Of a DNA stretch of 64,000 nt, positions 42,347 through 64,000 are shown one piece after another. The DNA lies in the NCBI RefSeq assembly GCF_009914755.1, contig NC_060935.1. One strand, written 5' to 3'. Under the pieces are notes generated by a model. It was not told where the DNA came from. It saw only the letters and a program-made list of their open reading frames with translations, and made no database searches. Positions within the stretch are counted from its first letter, which is position 1, and the number at the start of each line of letters is the position of its first letter. Both the position numbers and the translations under genes were made by a program. The stretch comes from the human T2T-CHM13v2.0 reference genome, Homo sapiens.

Positions 42347-45300
42347 GGACACGGAGCTCACATACATACCCCACATCAACATGGAGATCACACACCTCAA
42401 CACGGAGATCACACACATCAACATGGAAATCACACACACATATCGAATGGGGATTACACACATCAACGTGGAGCTCATACATACACCCCAACATGGAGAT
42501 CACACCCACAACACAGAGATCACACAAGTCAACATGGAGATCACACACACACATCAACATGGAAATCATACACACACATCAACATGGAAATCACACACAC
42601 ACATCAACATGGAGATTACACACACATCAACATGGAGATCACACACACACATCAACATGGAGATTACACATACATCAACATGGAGATCACACACACACAA
42701 CATGGAGATCACACACACACATCAACATGGAGATCACACACACACATCAACATGGAGATCACATTCGCACACATCAACATGGAGATCACACACACACATC
42801 AACATGGAGATTCACACATATCAACATGGAGATCACATTCACACACATCAACATGGAGATCACATTCACACACATCAACATGGAGATCACAAACACACAT
42901 CAACATGGAGATCAAATTCACACATCAACATGGAGATTACACACACATCAACATGGAGATCACATTCACACACATCAACATGGAGATCACATTCACAACA
43001 CAAACATGGAGATCACACACACATATATCAAATGGGGATTACACACACATCAACCCCAACATGGAGATCACACACACAGCACAGAGATCACACATGTCAA
43101 CATGGAGATCATACACACACATCAACATGGAGATCACACACACATCAACATGGAGATCACACACACATCAACATGGAGATCACACACACTCGTCAACATG
43201 GAGATCACATTCACACACATCAACATGGAGATCACACACACACATCAACATGGAGATCACACACACACGACATGGAGATCACACACACACAACATGGAGA
43301 TCACACACACACAACATGGAGATCACACACACACATCAACATGGAGATCACACACACACATCAACATGGAGATCACATTCGCACACATCAACATGGAGAT
43401 CACACACACACATCAACATGGAGATTCACACATATCAACATGGAGATCACATTCACACACATCAACATGGAGATCACATTCACACACATCAACATGGAGA
43501 TCACAAACACACATCAACATGGAGATCAAATTCACACATCAACATGGAGATTACACACACATCAACATGGAGATCACATTCACACACATCAACATGGAGA
43601 TCACATTCACAACACAAACATGGAGATCACACACACATATATCAAATGGGGATTACACACACATCAACCCCAACATGGAGATCACACACACAGCACAGAG
43701 ATCACACATGTCAACATGGAGATCATACACACACATCAACATGGAGATCACACACACATCAACATGGAGATCACACACACATCAACATGGAGATCACACA
43801 CACTCGTCAACATGGAGGTCACATTCACACACATCAACATGGAGATCACACACACACATCAACATGGAGATCACACACACACGACATGGAGATCACACAC
43901 ACACATCAACATGGAGATCACTCACACACATCAACATGGAGATCACACACACATCAACATGGAGATCACATTCACACACATCAACATGGAGATCACACAC
44001 ACACAACATGGAGATTACACACACACATCAACATGGAGATCACACACACATCAACATGGAGATCACACACACACAACATGGAGATCACACACACACATCA
44101 ACATGGAGATCACACACACATCAACATGGAGATCACACATACATCAACATGGAGATCACACACACACGACATGGAGATCACACACACACATCAACATGGA
44201 GATCACTCACACACATCAACATGGAGATCACACACACACATCAACATGGAGATCACATTCACACACATCAACATGGAGATCACACACACACAACATGGAG
44301 ATTACACACACACATCAACATGGAGATTACACACACAACATGGAGATCACATTCACACATATCAACATGGAGATCACATTCACACACATAAACATGGAGA
44401 TCACACACACACATCAACATGGAGATTACACACACATCAACATGGAGATCACACACACATCAACATGGAGATCACACACACACAACATGGAGATCACACA
44501 CACACATCAACATGGAGATTACACACACATCAACATGGAGATCACATTTACACACATCAACATGGAGATCACAAACACACATCAACATGGAGATCACACA
44601 CACACATCAACATGGAGATCACATTCACACACATCAACATGGAGATCACAAACACACATCAACATGGAGATCACACACACACATCAACATGGAGATTACA
44701 CACACATCAACATGGAGATCACATTCACACACATCAACATGGAGATCACACACACATCAACATGGAGATCACACACACATCAACATGGAGATCACACACA
44801 CACATCAACATGGAGATTACACACACATCAACATGGAGATCACATTCACACACATCAACATGGAGATCACACACACACATCAACATGGAGATCACACACA
44901 CACATCAACATGGAGATTACACACACATCAACATGGAGATCACATTCACACACATCAACATGGAGATCACATTCACACACACAAACATGGAGATCACACA
45001 CACATATATCAAATGGGGATTACACACACATCAACCCCAACATGGAGATCACACACACAACACAGAGATCACACAAGTCAACATGGAGATCATACACACA
45101 CATCAACATGGAAATCACAAACACACAACATGGAAATCACACACACATATCAACATGGAGATCACACACACACATCAACATGGAGATCACACACACATCA
45201 ACATGGCGATCACAATCACACACATCAACATGGAGATCACACACAACACAGAAATCACACACGTCAACATGGAGATTACACACACATCAACATGGAGTTC

Positions 45301-45425
45301 ACACACACATCAACATGGAGATCACACACACTCAACATGGAGCTCACACATACACCTCAACATGGAGATCACACAACACAGAGATGACACACACAACACA
45401 GAGATCACACAAGTCAACATGGAGA
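42347..45425. repeat. ~3 kb minisatellite (VNTR), unit ~23-27 bp CATCAACATGGAGATCACACACA(CA)
   Basis: Directly visible; roughly 120 variant units (estimated from length). Confidence 0.97.
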
Positions 45426-45434
45426 TCTCTCTCT

Positions 45435-45476
<42 letters not shown>
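45426..45476. repeat. (TC)6 plus (AC)19 microsatellite next to the CD5 promoter
   Basis: Directly visible; AC tract at 45439-45476. Confidence 0.97.
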
Positions 45477-45478
<2 letters not shown>

Positions 45479-45829
45479 GCACAAGCCCAGCATTCATGGC
45501 GCAGCCATCTCTTGTACTTGCTAGCAAAACAACACCTGTGGAAAGTCAGCTCAAACTTCCAACCTCATCCCTCACAAAGGGGGAATGGAGGGTTTGGTTT
45601 TGGCTTTCACTGGAGTCTGCAACAAGAACTGGCATCATGCTGCCCATTTCCCGCCTCTCCCCGCCCAGACCCCTGCCTCAGGGACGCCTGTCCTCAGCCC
45701 AGCCCTCAGCTGCAGCCAGGCCTTCAGCCTCCGTAACCCCCGCTCAGGGTCCCCACCCCCTGCAGCCCTGTCCCTCCAGGATGCATGGCCTTGTCCTGTG
45801 TGGGGGTGGCCGAGAGCACTGCCCCAGCC

Positions 45830-46083
45830 CTGGGTACCTTGGGCAGGAAGCTGGCAGAGGCCAGGGCTGCCATTCAAACAGGGGCAGGTGGTTTTGCCAG
45901 GAGGAAGTTGACAGTTCAACTTCAAACATGGGTGACGCAGGCCCCACACTGCCTGCTCCCCGTCCCACCCCTCCCTGAGCACGCCACCCCGCCCTCTCCC
46001 TCTCTGAGAGCGAGATACCCGGCCAGACACCCTCACCTGCGGTGCCCAGCTGCCCAGGCTGAGGCAAGAGAAGGCCAGAAACC
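45830..46083 (+). promoter_or_regulatory. CD5: CD5 proximal TATA-less promoter and 5' UTR
   Basis: Ets cores CAGGAAG (45844-45850) and GAGGAAGT (45901-45908); GC/GT boxes (~45964-45996); E-boxes CACCTG (46034) and CAGCTG (46047); no TATA box. Agrees with my recollection of the published Ets/Sp1 promoter. Confidence 0.85.
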
Positions 46084-63073
<16,990 letters not shown>

Positions 63074-64000
63074 GTAAGTGAGACCTGGCCAAGCCCCATG
63101 ACACCTTCTGCTGCCCTAGGTGGGGTCACAGAGCATCCCAGAAGGTCAGGGAACATGTGTGCAGCACAGGGCACTATGGAGAATACAAGGGAAGTGGAGG
63201 CCTGGTCTTGGCCTCTAAGAGGTAACAAGGGTTGGGGTGGGGAGGATGCATCCACACTCAATGCCTTGGTAATCTCTGCAAAGCTACACACCCCAAGCCC
63301 AAAGGAACCGCTGGCTCAGCTGCCACATGGGGAAGGGGAGTCGGCAGGACTTCCAGGAGGAGGCAAGGTCTCTTCGTGGGTCTGGGGGAGAAAAAAAAAT
63401 GTCTAGGTAGGAATTATGGCTTGTGCCAAAGATGGGGCACTTGGAGGGGTGGGCCTTGCAGGAAGGGCATTTGTAAATCCCAAGAGTTGGCATTGCAGCA
63501 ATGGTGAGAGGTGGGAGGTCCCTGAGGCCCGGGAGTCAGAGGACAGCAGGCAAAGAGAGAAACAGAGACAGCCCCCAAGAGGGCTCTGCAGAGGGTCCTG
63601 CGCCGTGTGCTGACAAGGTAAAGAGAATGATGCCGCTGTGTGGTTGAGGGGAGGAGGCAGGTGAGACTGAGTCTGTGAGACCCCGGTGGGCCAAACCAGG
63701 ATCAATGAAGAAAACTAAAGGGAAGAAACCACAGCTGAAACGAAGGGAGAAACGGAGAAACTTCGCAGTACGCCTCCCTCCGGAAGTAGTGGGTTCCCAT
63801 GGCCGGAAGTGTTCTCAGTGAAGTCCACACTGTACTTACCGAGAGCTTACTTCATGCAGGGACCATTCCTGGACATTCTAAATTTTTCACATGGCCTTAG
63901 GAGGTGGGTGTTATTATTATCATCCCTTTTTACAGTGAGGAGGCTGAGGTTTAGAGAGGCTAAACCTCTCGCCCAGTACTATGGAGCACTTGCTGGGATT

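Noticed and set aside
42347-45425. CRISPR-like appearance (constant repeat with variable spacers)
   Set aside because: The spacers are only variable-length CA runs, the context is human and there are no cas genes; it is a minisatellite
42042-45736. 1160-, 1050- and 690-aa ORFs as real genes
   Set aside because: All three frames are open and the same peptides swap between frames, which is a repeat artefact; kept only as a low-interest finding

Overview
Human genomic DNA, recognisable as the CD6-CD5 interval and the 5' half of CD5 (11q12.2). CD5 coding exons 1-5 lie on the + strand at 46084-63073 and the gene runs past the window end. Upstream are: a TATA-less Ets/Sp1 promoter; an (AC)19 microsatellite; a ~3 kb CATCAACATGGAGATCACAC minisatellite; and a 5.25 kb internally deleted HERV-E provirus (36776-42023), known as the source of alternative CD5 exon E1B. 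Further upstream are a 5'-truncated human-specific L1HS Ta-1 nested in an Alu with a probable short 3' transduction, a solo ERV1 LTR, many Alus, and old L1/L2/MIR/DNA transposon remnants. Most ORFs in the supplied track are artefacts of repeats. I found no new protein-coding system. The best leads are regulatory or evolutionary: one-sided CpG retention in the 5' LTR, a minisatellite that is an array of YY1 core motifs between enhancer/LTR and promoter, an internal deletion that may have orphaned the proviral splice donor, and a traceable L1 transduction tag. All counts and alignments were done by eye. Repeat subfamily names and literature points come from memory and need checking.
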